Virus record (IMG/VR): IMGVR_UViG_3300033407_000018
Span: 1 to 56,078 of that record
Strand: one strand, 5' to 3'
Source of the DNA: a virus
Taxonomy: Duplodnaviria; Caudoviricetes
Length of the DNA stretch: 56,078 bases
The notes beneath the pieces were generated by a model. It searched no databases. It worked only from the letters and a program-made list of their open reading frames with translations, and had not been told where the DNA came from. This document shows, piece by piece, positions 1 through 7,161 of this stretch; within the stretch, counting starts at the first letter, position 1; each line of letters starts with the position of its first letter. The position numbers were made by a program, and so were the translations under genes.

Positions 1-72
1 AATCACAGTCGTCGTCCAGCCACTTGCTACGGCCGGTCCCGTGGCATTCTGCACAGGAGACACATTCGCACG

Positions 73-288
73 TCACCCTTTCACCCTCCTCAATTCCGGC
101 CGTCTATCCCGGCAGACCCGGCAGTAGCGCCGCGGCTCGCCGTCCGTGCCTCTAAATTCCGCCGCAGTCCGCCTCAGGTTGCATCCCGGACACAGCGGGT
201 TCGCATCGCCGAAGCCTTCGGTCGGCTTTGCGCTACGGGGCTCGTAGCGGCGGTAAAACGAGTCTGTGATTCGGGGTTTCACAGACAT
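73..288 (-). CDS. small hypothetical protein with two CxxC motifs
   Basis: CPGC...CRVC; overlaps the stop of the upstream methylase. Confidence 0.55.
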   Translation of the reverse strand: MSVKPRITDSFYRRYEPRSAKPTEGFGDANPLCPGCNLRRTAAEFRGTDGEPRRYCRVCRDRRPELRRVKG

Positions 289-1151
289 AGCGTCATCTGC
301 CTGTCTCTGGCGTCCACGTGTGCGGATGCCTGACTGAAGTACGCTTCCTTGAGTTCAATTCCGATGAATCGCCGTCCCAATTCCAGCGACTTCACTCCCT
401 CGGATCCGATACCGGCGAACGGACTCAGTACTGTGTCGTCCGGATTCGACCAAAGCACGAGCGCCCGGTGAATCACGTCGAGTTGCAGCGGGCAAAGATG
501 CTTTTCGTCGGCCTGTTCGCGGGCTACTGCGGTATTGAGCACGTTCGTTTGATCCACGGTCATCCATACCGGAGACGCCCATTCCTGCCATTGCGACACC
601 GGGAAGTCTTCCGGCGTGTGACTGATTGGCTTCGGGTTGTCGCCGGTCTTCCGGAACACCAGCAGGTAATCCGGCATCCCCGCACGGCTCCGGCCGCTGT
701 CTTTCAGGATTTGCTTGTGCAGCAGCCCGAGCGCCTTCGTGCGCGTCATCTCGACGACAGGTGACTTCCAGATCGTGATGCGCGAATGCAGGACCCAGCC
801 CGCTTCTTCGTGAGCACGGACGATCATACCGGACAGGTCTTTTATCGCAATAACGCCATCCTTCCACTTGGTCAGCGGCAGGTCGGAACAATGCACGGCG
901 GATAACCGTCCCGGCAGTGTCAGCCGGAACAACTCCCGAATTAAAAAGCCGTACTGCTCAAAAAACTCGCCGTCGTTGGCGGAATTACCCATGTCCGCAA
1001 TCGAGTCGGAATACACGAACAGGTTCGAGAACGGCGGCGAGTAGATCGAGAAGTCCACGCATTCATCCGGCATCTGCCGTGCGACTTCCACGCAATCGCC
1101 GTTGTAAATCGCAAACCGTTCTCCGTGGGCTTCGTTTAGACAGCTAACCAT
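279..1151 (-). CDS. site-specific DNA methyltransferase (N4-cytosine/N6-adenine family, beta order)
   Basis: Catalytic SPPF motif near the N-terminus; PFAGIGS (FxGxG) SAM motif near the C-terminus; HLCPLQ. Confidence 0.9.
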   Translation of the reverse strand: MVSCLNEAHGERFAIYNGDCVEVARQMPDECVDFSIYSPPFSNLFVYSDSIADMGNSANDGEFFEQYGFLIRELFRLTLPGRLSAVHCSDLPLTKWKDGVIAIKDLSGMIVRAHEEAGWVLHSRITIWKSPVVEMTRTKALGLLHKQILKDSGRSRAGMPDYLLVFRKTGDNPKPISHTPEDFPVSQWQEWASPVWMTVDQTNVLNTAVAREQADEKHLCPLQLDVIHRALVLWSNPDDTVLSPFAGIGSEGVKSLELGRRFIGIELKEAYFSQASAHVDARDRQMTLCL

Positions 1152-2533
1152 TTCGGCAACCTCCCTGTATGCTTCGGCTCATACCTTCGCCGCACGTCTG
1201 AGGCGAGCCCTATCGCTCGCCGCATTGCTTCTTTCATTTCCCGTTTCATGGCGTCGTGGTCGTCGGCTTTACGGTCGATGACGCGGCCGATAGAGTCTTC
1301 ACCTTCCGCGACGACGAGATGCACGTTGACTGGCTTCGTCTGGCCAAACCGCCAACACCGGCGCACGGCCTGATACCAGGATTCGTAAGAGAACGAACGG
1401 CCGGCGAAAACCATCGTGTTGCAGTGCTGCCAATTGAGCCCGAATCCGCAAATCGAGCTTTTCGTGATGATCCCCTGAGCGCTACCATCCGCGAATCGTG
1501 CAAGAGCGTCTTCCTTCTGGTCGATCGTCATGGAACCGCGGACCTCGACGACCTTCCCGCCAAACATCGGCACCAGAACGGCCTTCAGCGCTGCCGCTTC
1601 GTAGTCGGTGTCACACCACACGATGAACGGCTCTGTTGTATCCGCTACAATTGCCGCGACCGTCCGTGCTCTCGATTCCGCAGTCCGCCGCTTGATTTCA
1701 TGGATTCCCGTCGCGCTGACATCGACCATGGGAAACAACGATCCCGCCGATTCAATAATCGAAGCGTCGGCCTGATGCCGCACGACGTTCAACGGCGGCA
1801 GGTCGAAGCCTTCCATGTCGTCGCCAAGGTCACGTGGATGCTCCGCAATCCGGCACCATGACGCCATCCAGTCCCAGAACGATTGACGGGCATGGCCTTT
1901 CAACCGCCATGTTCCAGTGTCCGCCGTGTCGTTGATGAACCAGCGCACGAGCATGTCATTCATCGGCATGACGCCTAGGAATTCACTATGCGTCCCGAGT
2001 TCGGTATGGTCGTTCGGCGCGGGAGTCGCGCTTGCGGCCATGCGCCATCGGTGGCTTGCAAACGCCGCAGTCAATGCCTGCGTGGTTTTGCCAGTGAAGT
2101 TCTTAATAATGCTGGATTCGTCGAGCACCACGGCTCCGAACTCAGACGGTATTAACAGGTCCAGCCGGTCGTAATTGCAGACGTTCAAACCCGGTCCAGC
2201 GTCGTCTTGATTGCGGATAACCCGAATGTCGTAACCCCATCGCTTTCCTTCGGCCTCGATCTGTCGAGCGACTGCCAGAGGCGTCAGTATCAGCGCGCGT
2301 CCGTTCGATGCTTCCGCCGCATGTGTGGCCCATTCTAGCTCGCAAGCGGTTTTCCCGAGTCCGGTATCGAGAAACAACCCAAACGAACCACACCGCAATC
2401 CGAACTCAACCGAATACCGCTGGAATCCGAACAGGTGAGACGCCAATCCGGGCACGCTGTCTATTCCTCGATACGGCGCGGCGACCGTCTTACGTTCCAA
2501 GAATTCCCGATAGTCAATCAAATACTTAATCAC
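1136..2533 (-). CDS. SNF2/SF2-type helicase
   Basis: DTGLGKT Walker A, LDESS Walker B, SATPAPN, GFGLNWQ, QAVRRCWRFGQ motif VI; start placed at the GTG overlapping the upstream stop. Confidence 0.88.
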   Translation of the reverse strand: MIKYLIDYREFLERKTVAAPYRGIDSVPGLASHLFGFQRYSVEFGLRCGSFGLFLDTGLGKTACELEWATHAAEASNGRALILTPLAVARQIEAEGKRWGYDIRVIRNQDDAGPGLNVCNYDRLDLLIPSEFGAVVLDESSIIKNFTGKTTQALTAAFASHRWRMAASATPAPNDHTELGTHSEFLGVMPMNDMLVRWFINDTADTGTWRLKGHARQSFWDWMASWCRIAEHPRDLGDDMEGFDLPPLNVVRHQADASIIESAGSLFPMVDVSATGIHEIKRRTAESRARTVAAIVADTTEPFIVWCDTDYEAAALKAVLVPMFGGKVVEVRGSMTIDQKEDALARFADGSAQGIITKSSICGFGLNWQHCNTMVFAGRSFSYESWYQAVRRCWRFGQTKPVNVHLVVAEGEDSIGRVIDRKADDHDAMKREMKEAMRRAIGLASDVRRRYEPKHTGRLPKWLAV

Positions 2534-2706
2534 CGCTTCCCGCCTTTCCACTTCCGCAGACTCCGATGGATTTTTAGGTCATGATTCAGCAGGTGCCGAC
2601 TGGCGCTGACCGCTGAAATCCTCGCACCGCAAATCCGGCAGCGGAGTTTCGGTTTGCCGTTGATGATGACGGGGTCGAATTCGCGTTGGTCAAGGCTATT
2701 CATCAT
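2530..2706 (-). CDS. small C2H2-type zinc-finger protein
   Basis: CRIC-x11-HLLNH; translationally coupled to neighbours. Confidence 0.55.
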   Translation of the reverse strand: MMNSLDQREFDPVIINGKPKLRCRICGARISAVSASRHLLNHDLKIHRSLRKWKGGKR

Positions 2707-4744
2707 CACAGCCAGGCTCCCTTCCAACCGACACGCCCACCGCTTCAGCGAGCCGCTGCACATCGACCTCGGGCGGCTGCCATTTTGCGAACGGTGCCAG
2801 CGGATCGATTAACTGATTCGTCGGCCGGTCGTGCCCCATGTGGACACAGCCGAGTTGCCCGATCTCCCGGAACCGGATCTTCTGCACGTGGATATCAACG
2901 CCGTATTCCGGTTGTGAAACATCGCGCCACACTGTGATGCAGTTGTCGGCCTTGTTTCTCCAGTGCGCGGAGTTTCCGTAGATCCCCGGCTTACCGTTCC
3001 TTCGGACTAGGTAAGCGCCAGTCGGGACAGTCAGACAGTAAACCTTCCCTTTGTATGGCTCTTTAGTGACGTGACGGGGTACACGTAGAGTTATTGTTTT
3101 CCGATCCTCTCTGCCGATTGTCACCTGATAACGGCGCTTGTGGTGGGCCTTGACTCCTTCTTGAGATGAGAGGACTGCCATTCGCCCCAACTCAATACTG
3201 AGTCGCTGGATTTGGTCGGCCAATATCGGCGACGTGGTATGCGCCCGAAATGTGTCACGACGTCCAACTGATCCGTCGCCCTCCAAATAAGCGCGCAGAA
3301 GCACCCATTTCTGGCGACAAGACAACCGCCACGTGAAAGACGGAAGCCTTTTGCTTTCCGCCCCGCTTCCACATTCTGCGATGACCATCTTGGCGAAGAC
3401 GTTAGTCGGCTCGTCGTATCGCACGGCTAACCTCGCGGTCCACATTGGCTGTTCGTGTTCCCGGTAATGTGTCACGCGATCTGTAAAAGCGACCCCGAGA
3501 CGCTCGATACATTCCCGCATACGCTTCGCAAGAGGGCCGACAGCCTGACAAAGCGCAATAGACCCTTGAGTCACCCAACCCTCAGCGATCCACCAGCCGA
3601 TAAAACGCAGCGCATCGTCCGACACGTTATAATCCGGATCTGCGTCCATCCAAAAACTGGAAGCCCAAGGCATCACCAGGCCGCTCTTTAAATCCTGAGC
3701 CTCCACGAATACCCATCCGGTTCCGTACTTTTGGGGTCGACCGTAACCAGTTCCTTTGTAATTCGACGTAAATGAAGGCTTTTTCTGCCAAGACGAATCA
3801 ACAACCATGCGGTGATTCGGAGTTACAAGTGCGTCAAAACTTGGCGACTTAATCCGCATCATGTCGCCGTCAAAATCGTAACACCACACCTTCGTTGGGC
3901 GCTGATACCCTAAGAGGCCGTTTCGTGGATTAAAACAGCATACGTAGTCCAGTAGCGACACATCTCGATGTGCCACCCATCCACGACTAGTTAGAACTTC
4001 CGTGGCTTCGTCATGACAACCGCTCACGTCGTAGGGAGTCGGCACCGGATACGTCTGCGCCTCCGTGCCGTCCACCCGTGCGGTTTTGATCCGCTGAAGT
4101 TTCGTCGGGTGCGCCACGAGAAACACGTGAATCTCGTGCTCACGGGCGAACCGGCGGATCCGCGACAGGACTTCCGAGACGTATTCGGTCTCACTTACTC
4201 CGCTGGGGCGCCGATGTTCGAGTTCGTTCCACGGGTCAATCACGAGACCCTGGATGCCAGCGCCGTGGCCGCACAGCATGTCCGTCAACATTAGAATCCG
4301 GTCTACCGTGCAGTCCGACTCCGGGGGATTTAGCCATGTGAAATGCGCGTCGAGGAACATCGACGCCCAGTGGAATTCCTCTTCGGTGATACGAGTACGG
4401 AGTCCGAGATTGAATGGCCGGCCAATGTACTGCGCGGCGAGGTCTGACGCATGGCGCTCGACCGGAAGGTTTTCCGCAGAGAACACCGCCCAACGCCAGT
4501 CTTCACGTCTCGCCAAATTCACCATCAGGCCGTCCAGCAGCGACGTTTTACCGTGACCGGGAATCCCGGTAATCAGCGTCCATTCCCGCGGCCGCACGGT
4601 GTAGTACGGGTCCAGCGACGGCCATCCAGTACGGACCCCAGGTTGAATTCCAGTCTCGTACAACCACCGGAACGCCATACGGAAGTCGTCGACTTTCTGG
4701 ATTTCGTCGCGGGTAATCTCGGTTTTGAAGTGCGGTTTTCGCAT
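2696..4744 (-). CDS. DnaB/T7 gp4 (twinkle)-like replicative helicase, intein-containing
   Basis: TGIPGHGKT Walker A, LVIDPWN Walker B, VAHPTK; the conserved YDVSG-SAHWRNKAD motif is split by an intein. Confidence 0.9.
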   Translation of the reverse strand: MRKPHFKTEITRDEIQKVDDFRMAFRWLYETGIQPGVRTGWPSLDPYYTVRPREWTLITGIPGHGKTSLLDGLMVNLARREDWRWAVFSAENLPVERHASDLAAQYIGRPFNLGLRTRITEEEFHWASMFLDAHFTWLNPPESDCTVDRILMLTDMLCGHGAGIQGLVIDPWNELEHRRPSGVSETEYVSEVLSRIRRFAREHEIHVFLVAHPTKLQRIKTARVDGTEAQTYPVPTPYDVSGCHDEATEVLTSRGWVAHRDVSLLDYVCCFNPRNGLLGYQRPTKVWCYDFDGDMMRIKSPSFDALVTPNHRMVVDSSWQKKPSFTSNYKGTGYGRPQKYGTGWVFVEAQDLKSGLVMPWASSFWMDADPDYNVSDDALRFIGWWIAEGWVTQGSIALCQAVGPLAKRMRECIERLGVAFTDRVTHYREHEQPMWTARLAVRYDEPTNVFAKMVIAECGSGAESKRLPSFTWRLSCRQKWVLLRAYLEGDGSVGRRDTFRAHTTSPILADQIQRLSIELGRMAVLSSQEGVKAHHKRRYQVTIGREDRKTITLRVPRHVTKEPYKGKVYCLTVPTGAYLVRRNGKPGIYGNSAHWRNKADNCITVWRDVSQPEYGVDIHVQKIRFREIGQLGCVHMGHDRPTNQLIDPLAPFAKWQPPEVDVQRLAEAVGVSVGREPGCDDE
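2972..4018 (-). mobile_element. 349-aa intein with LAGLIDADG homing endonuclease
   Basis: Starts CHDEATEVLT, block B TPNHRM, LAGLIDADG-like FIGWWIAEG and LRAYLEGDG, block F VYCLTVP, ends GN followed by extein Ser. Confidence 0.92.
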
Positions 4745-5487
4745 CAGTACACTAGTTCTGGCGGCGTGTTTGTCGGCTTAGCCGGCCTTAGATCTTCACG
4801 TTCCCAGCCGCGGGACTTCAGCCATCGGCACACGTGCGGGATGTACTTTCCGTGCTCTTTCAGCCACTCCGGCGACTTACAGGCGTCGGCTATTGCATTC
4901 TTTATCTCGTCCCGCAAGCCGCTGCTTGGTTTAAGTTTCTGCCACTCTTTGAAAGCGTCAGCTTTGCTTCCGCGACGTGAGGATGACTGCCAGAAAGTTT
5001 CAAACTCTGGTGAGTATTCCCCCGAAGGGGGTTTAGGGGTTTCTTCTTTTGAAGACGGAGACGGAGACTGAAGAGGTTCGTTTTGCTTCGCGTCTGCTTC
5101 AAGTAAATTTAAAGCAGTGCTTCGTTTTGCTTCGCGTCTGCTTCGTCCGCTTTCCAAGCCGCCGTTCTTCCCTGCTTCGATTTTACGCAAGCGAAACTCA
5201 GCCTGTTTTTGACGCTCATGCTCCAAGCGGGGGCTGGTGAGGCGGTCGGGATTTCCGGGTAGTGGACCGAAGCATTCATGCAGGATACCATCCCACATCG
5301 CTTGCATCTTACGCCGCGTCGTCTTGCACATTCGCGCAAGTTTTCCAATGTCGGATGGAATGGAATCGTCCGTCCAGTTATAGGCCAGCAGCCGGACGTA
5401 AGCGCCTTCTTCTTCGAGGCTCATCCGTTGGACCTTCGAGGATGCCAGGTAATCGGCAGCGTAGAACTGGAAGGCCGGCGAATTCAT
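4744..5487 (-). CDS. phage replication initiator (DUF1376/YdaU-like N-terminus)
   Basis: PAFQFYAADYL...EEEGAYVRLL N-terminus, FETFWQ...KADAFKEW C-terminal domain; directly upstream of the helicase; carries internal iterons. Confidence 0.8.
   Translation of the reverse strand: MNSPAFQFYAADYLASSKVQRMSLEEEGAYVRLLAYNWTDDSIPSDIGKLARMCKTTRRKMQAMWDGILHECFGPLPGNPDRLTSPRLEHERQKQAEFRLRKIEAGKNGGLESGRSRREAKRSTALNLLEADAKQNEPLQSPSPSSKEETPKPPSGEYSPEFETFWQSSSRRGSKADAFKEWQKLKPSSGLRDEIKNAIADACKSPEWLKEHGKYIPHVCRWLKSRGWEREDLRPAKPTNTPPELVY
5077..5144. repeat. iteron-like repeats, probable replication origin
   Basis: TTCGTTTTGCTTCGCGTCTGCTTC at 5077-5100 and 5121-5144 around the AT-rich AAGTAAATTTAAAG. Confidence 0.7.
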
Positions 5488-5687
5488 GCCTTCGCCCTCC
5501 GCGCCCGGTCGAATCGCTGGTTCGTTTCCAGCTTAATTTGCGCCAGATCCAACCGCCGCGACTCACAGCACGCCGTCTCAATCTCGCGCTGGATCGCCGC
5601 GTTGAAGTGATCGAATTGCGCTACGTCGAGGGGTAAAGCGTCGGCTGTGCGCTTCCGGTCGGCTATGCTAATTTTTGAAGAGTTCAA
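5484..5687 (-). CDS. small leader ORF coupled to the initiator
   Basis: TTG start; stop overlaps the initiator ATG (ATGA). Confidence 0.55.
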   Translation of the reverse strand: MNSSKISIADRKRTADALPLDVAQFDHFNAAIQREIETACCESRRLDLAQIKLETNQRFDRARRAKA

Positions 5688-5727
5688 ATTGGCACCCTAT
5701 CAAAATCCCTGTCGTAAATGTGAGGAT

Positions 5728-5796
5728 GTGCTGGGGTCGCGCCCGACAGGGTGAGGGCTTCTCGTGGGTTATAAGTCCGCGATCGACCCCCAGCAC
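5728..5796 (-). ncRNA. putative C4/CI-like antisense regulatory RNA hairpin
   Basis: Closing stem GTGCTGGGG(G)TCG/CGACCCCAGCAC; internal CACCCTGTCG is complementary to downstream CGACAGGG and AGGGTG in the leader. Confidence 0.5.
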
Positions 5797-5801
5797 GACG
5801 T

Positions 5802-5830
5802 AATGTATTAAACCCCGGCGCGGATTTCAA
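5802..5830 (-). promoter_or_regulatory. sigma70-like promoter for the replication operon
   Basis: TTGAAA-17nt-TACATT on the - strand. Confidence 0.6.
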
Positions 5831-5850
5831 GCACTTTTATTTCGTTCGGT

Positions 5851-6240
5851 TTACTCGGTGACTTCTTCGGCGACGTTGTGGATTTCGGTTTCCGTTTCAA
5901 TCTGCAACATCAACTGGCGCTCTTCCGGGGTAATCGCGGCAGTCTCGACAATCTCGCCGGTATCCATACGCATGAGTTCTTTTGTGTTGGCCTCGAACAG
6001 GTAGCGCCACTGGCATCCCACGTCGCGGAGTTCTTCGCCGGAGTGGACGATGGTGGCAAGTTGCGACGTGCGGCCGTCGATGACTTCGAGCCGCTCTTTG
6101 AATTTGTCGGCAACGTGCTTTTTCTCGCGCTCGACCTCGCCGTATTCCTGGTGCGCTTGCGCGAGCTTCTGGCCGAACTCGACCTTTTCGGATGTGGTTA
6201 ATTGGACCGGCAAGAATCGCTTAATCGGTTTCGTGTGCAT
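5851..6240 (-). CDS. hypothetical phage protein (coiled-coil)
   Basis: Good RBS (AGGAGA), 129 aa, helical and charged. Confidence 0.75.
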   Translation of the reverse strand: MHTKPIKRFLPVQLTTSEKVEFGQKLAQAHQEYGEVEREKKHVADKFKERLEVIDGRTSQLATIVHSGEELRDVGCQWRYLFEANTKELMRMDTGEIVETAAITPEERQLMLQIETETEIHNVAEEVTE

Positions 6241-6268
6241 CGTTTTCTCCTGTCATCGGACATTTAAA

Positions 6269-6354
6269 CGGAGCGTGAGGGGGTCGAACCCTCCAAGCAT
6301 TTACGCCTGTCCCGTTTCGAGCGGGGTGGGCCTGCCAGCGTGCCCAAACGCTCC
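6269..6354 (-). tRNA. tRNA-Ser(CGA)
   Basis: Acceptor GGAGCGT/ACGCTCC, anticodon loop CTCGAAA, long variable arm, T arm GAGGG-TTCGACC-CCCTC, G discriminator; CCA not encoded. Confidence 0.88.
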
Positions 6355-6359
6355 AATTT

Positions 6360-6542
6360 GCCGGTATAGAGTGAGGTCCGAAACCACTCCGGCGACCGGC
6401 AACGCATTCCCTCAGCCTCTCCGCTGAACCGACACCGTAATTAAGGCGGACTTGCGAGGTCGGACTATGGAATCCTGTGCCGGTATCCCGAGCCACGACC
6501 GGCGGCGTGGTATGGGCGGCTCAAGGAGGTAAGCCGCCTCGG
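6360..6542 (-). ncRNA. three tandem structured RNA domains between tRNA-like genes
   Basis: Nested stems closing 6360-6393, 6395-6484 and 6488-6542; no credible ORF. Confidence 0.5.
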
Positions 6543-6545
6543 TTT

Positions 6546-6690
6546 CCGGGGTGGCCGGATTCGAAACCGGCTGCATCCTGACTAAGTTCTCGCTTGCGCT
6601 TACCTTAGGGTCCGCTGTGCGTGCGATGCTTTTAGAGCCGCTGGCTGGCCGCGCCGCCAGTGCTCGCGCTTCCTTCAGCGCCGCACCCCG
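6546..6690 (-). ncRNA. 145-nt tRNA-like RNA with expanded anticodon/variable region
   Basis: 7-bp acceptor CGGGGTG/CACCCCG, D arm GCGC-TGAAGGAA-GCGC, T arm GCCGG-TTTCGAAT-CCGGC, about 90 nt of extra stems in place of the anticodon arm. Confidence 0.7.
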
Positions 6691-6693
6691 AAA

Positions 6694-6767
6694 TTGCAGC
6701 GCCGGGAATCGAACCCGGTGATGTTGAGTTTATGAGACTCACGAGCCGCCTTTGCTCCATCGCTGCG
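6694..6767 (-). tRNA. tRNA-Met(CAT), initiator-like
   Basis: CGCAGCG/CGCTGCA acceptor with C1:A72 mismatch, GAGC/GCTC D stem, TGAGT-CTCATAA-ACTCA, CCGGG-TTCGATT-CCCGG. Confidence 0.85.
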
Positions 6768-6805
6768 CTTATAATTCCAGCGGCCCAATCGAGCCGCGTG
6801 TTGTG

Positions 6806-7027
6806 TTATTCGCAACCCGCACGGCTGCGAATCTCTTTAGCCCACCAGTCCGGATGCTCTTGGTTCAGCTCACGCAACCGGCTGACGGGCAGTTTGACAA
6901 TATTGGCTGAGCGGTATTCGTCACACACGAACTCCGCCAGCCAGCACGATGCCTGAAGGCACTCCGCACAAACTGTGATGAGCGTTTCCGGTGTCAAGTC
7001 TGCTGTTTGAAACGTTGCGTTGCTCAT
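6806..7027 (-). CDS. hypothetical Cys-rich phage protein
   Basis: MSNATF...VCAECLQASCW...C; coupled to the upstream ORF. Confidence 0.6.
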   Translation of the reverse strand: MSNATFQTADLTPETLITVCAECLQASCWLAEFVCDEYRSANIVKLPVSRLRELNQEHPDWWAKEIRSRAGCE

Positions 7028-7161
7028 ACCCAAATCACCGCATAAACCCCGTACAGCACCACCCCTGCGATAAACCAGCGCATCCACCGGCGTTGACGTT
7101 GACCGCGCAGGTGGCGCTTGTCGTGGAAGGCGATGGCGGCTGCGATTGAGTTCGGGGTCAT
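7024..7161 (-). CDS. 45-aa membrane protein
   Basis: MTPNSIAAA...WFIAGVVLYGVYAVIWV; ATGA overlaps at both ends; below the ORF-track cutoff. Confidence 0.55.
   Translation of the reverse strand: MTPNSIAAAIAFHDKRHLRGQRQRRWMRWFIAGVVLYGVYAVIWV

Noticed and set aside
6615-6645. CT-CTA-AA in the tRNA mimic as an amber-suppressor anticodon loop
   Set aside because: Flanks do not form a 5-bp anticodon stem, and TAG is used as a normal stop in several genes
6546-6690. tmRNA
   Set aside because: Much too short, has a paired D stem, no G3:U70 pair, no clear tag reading frame
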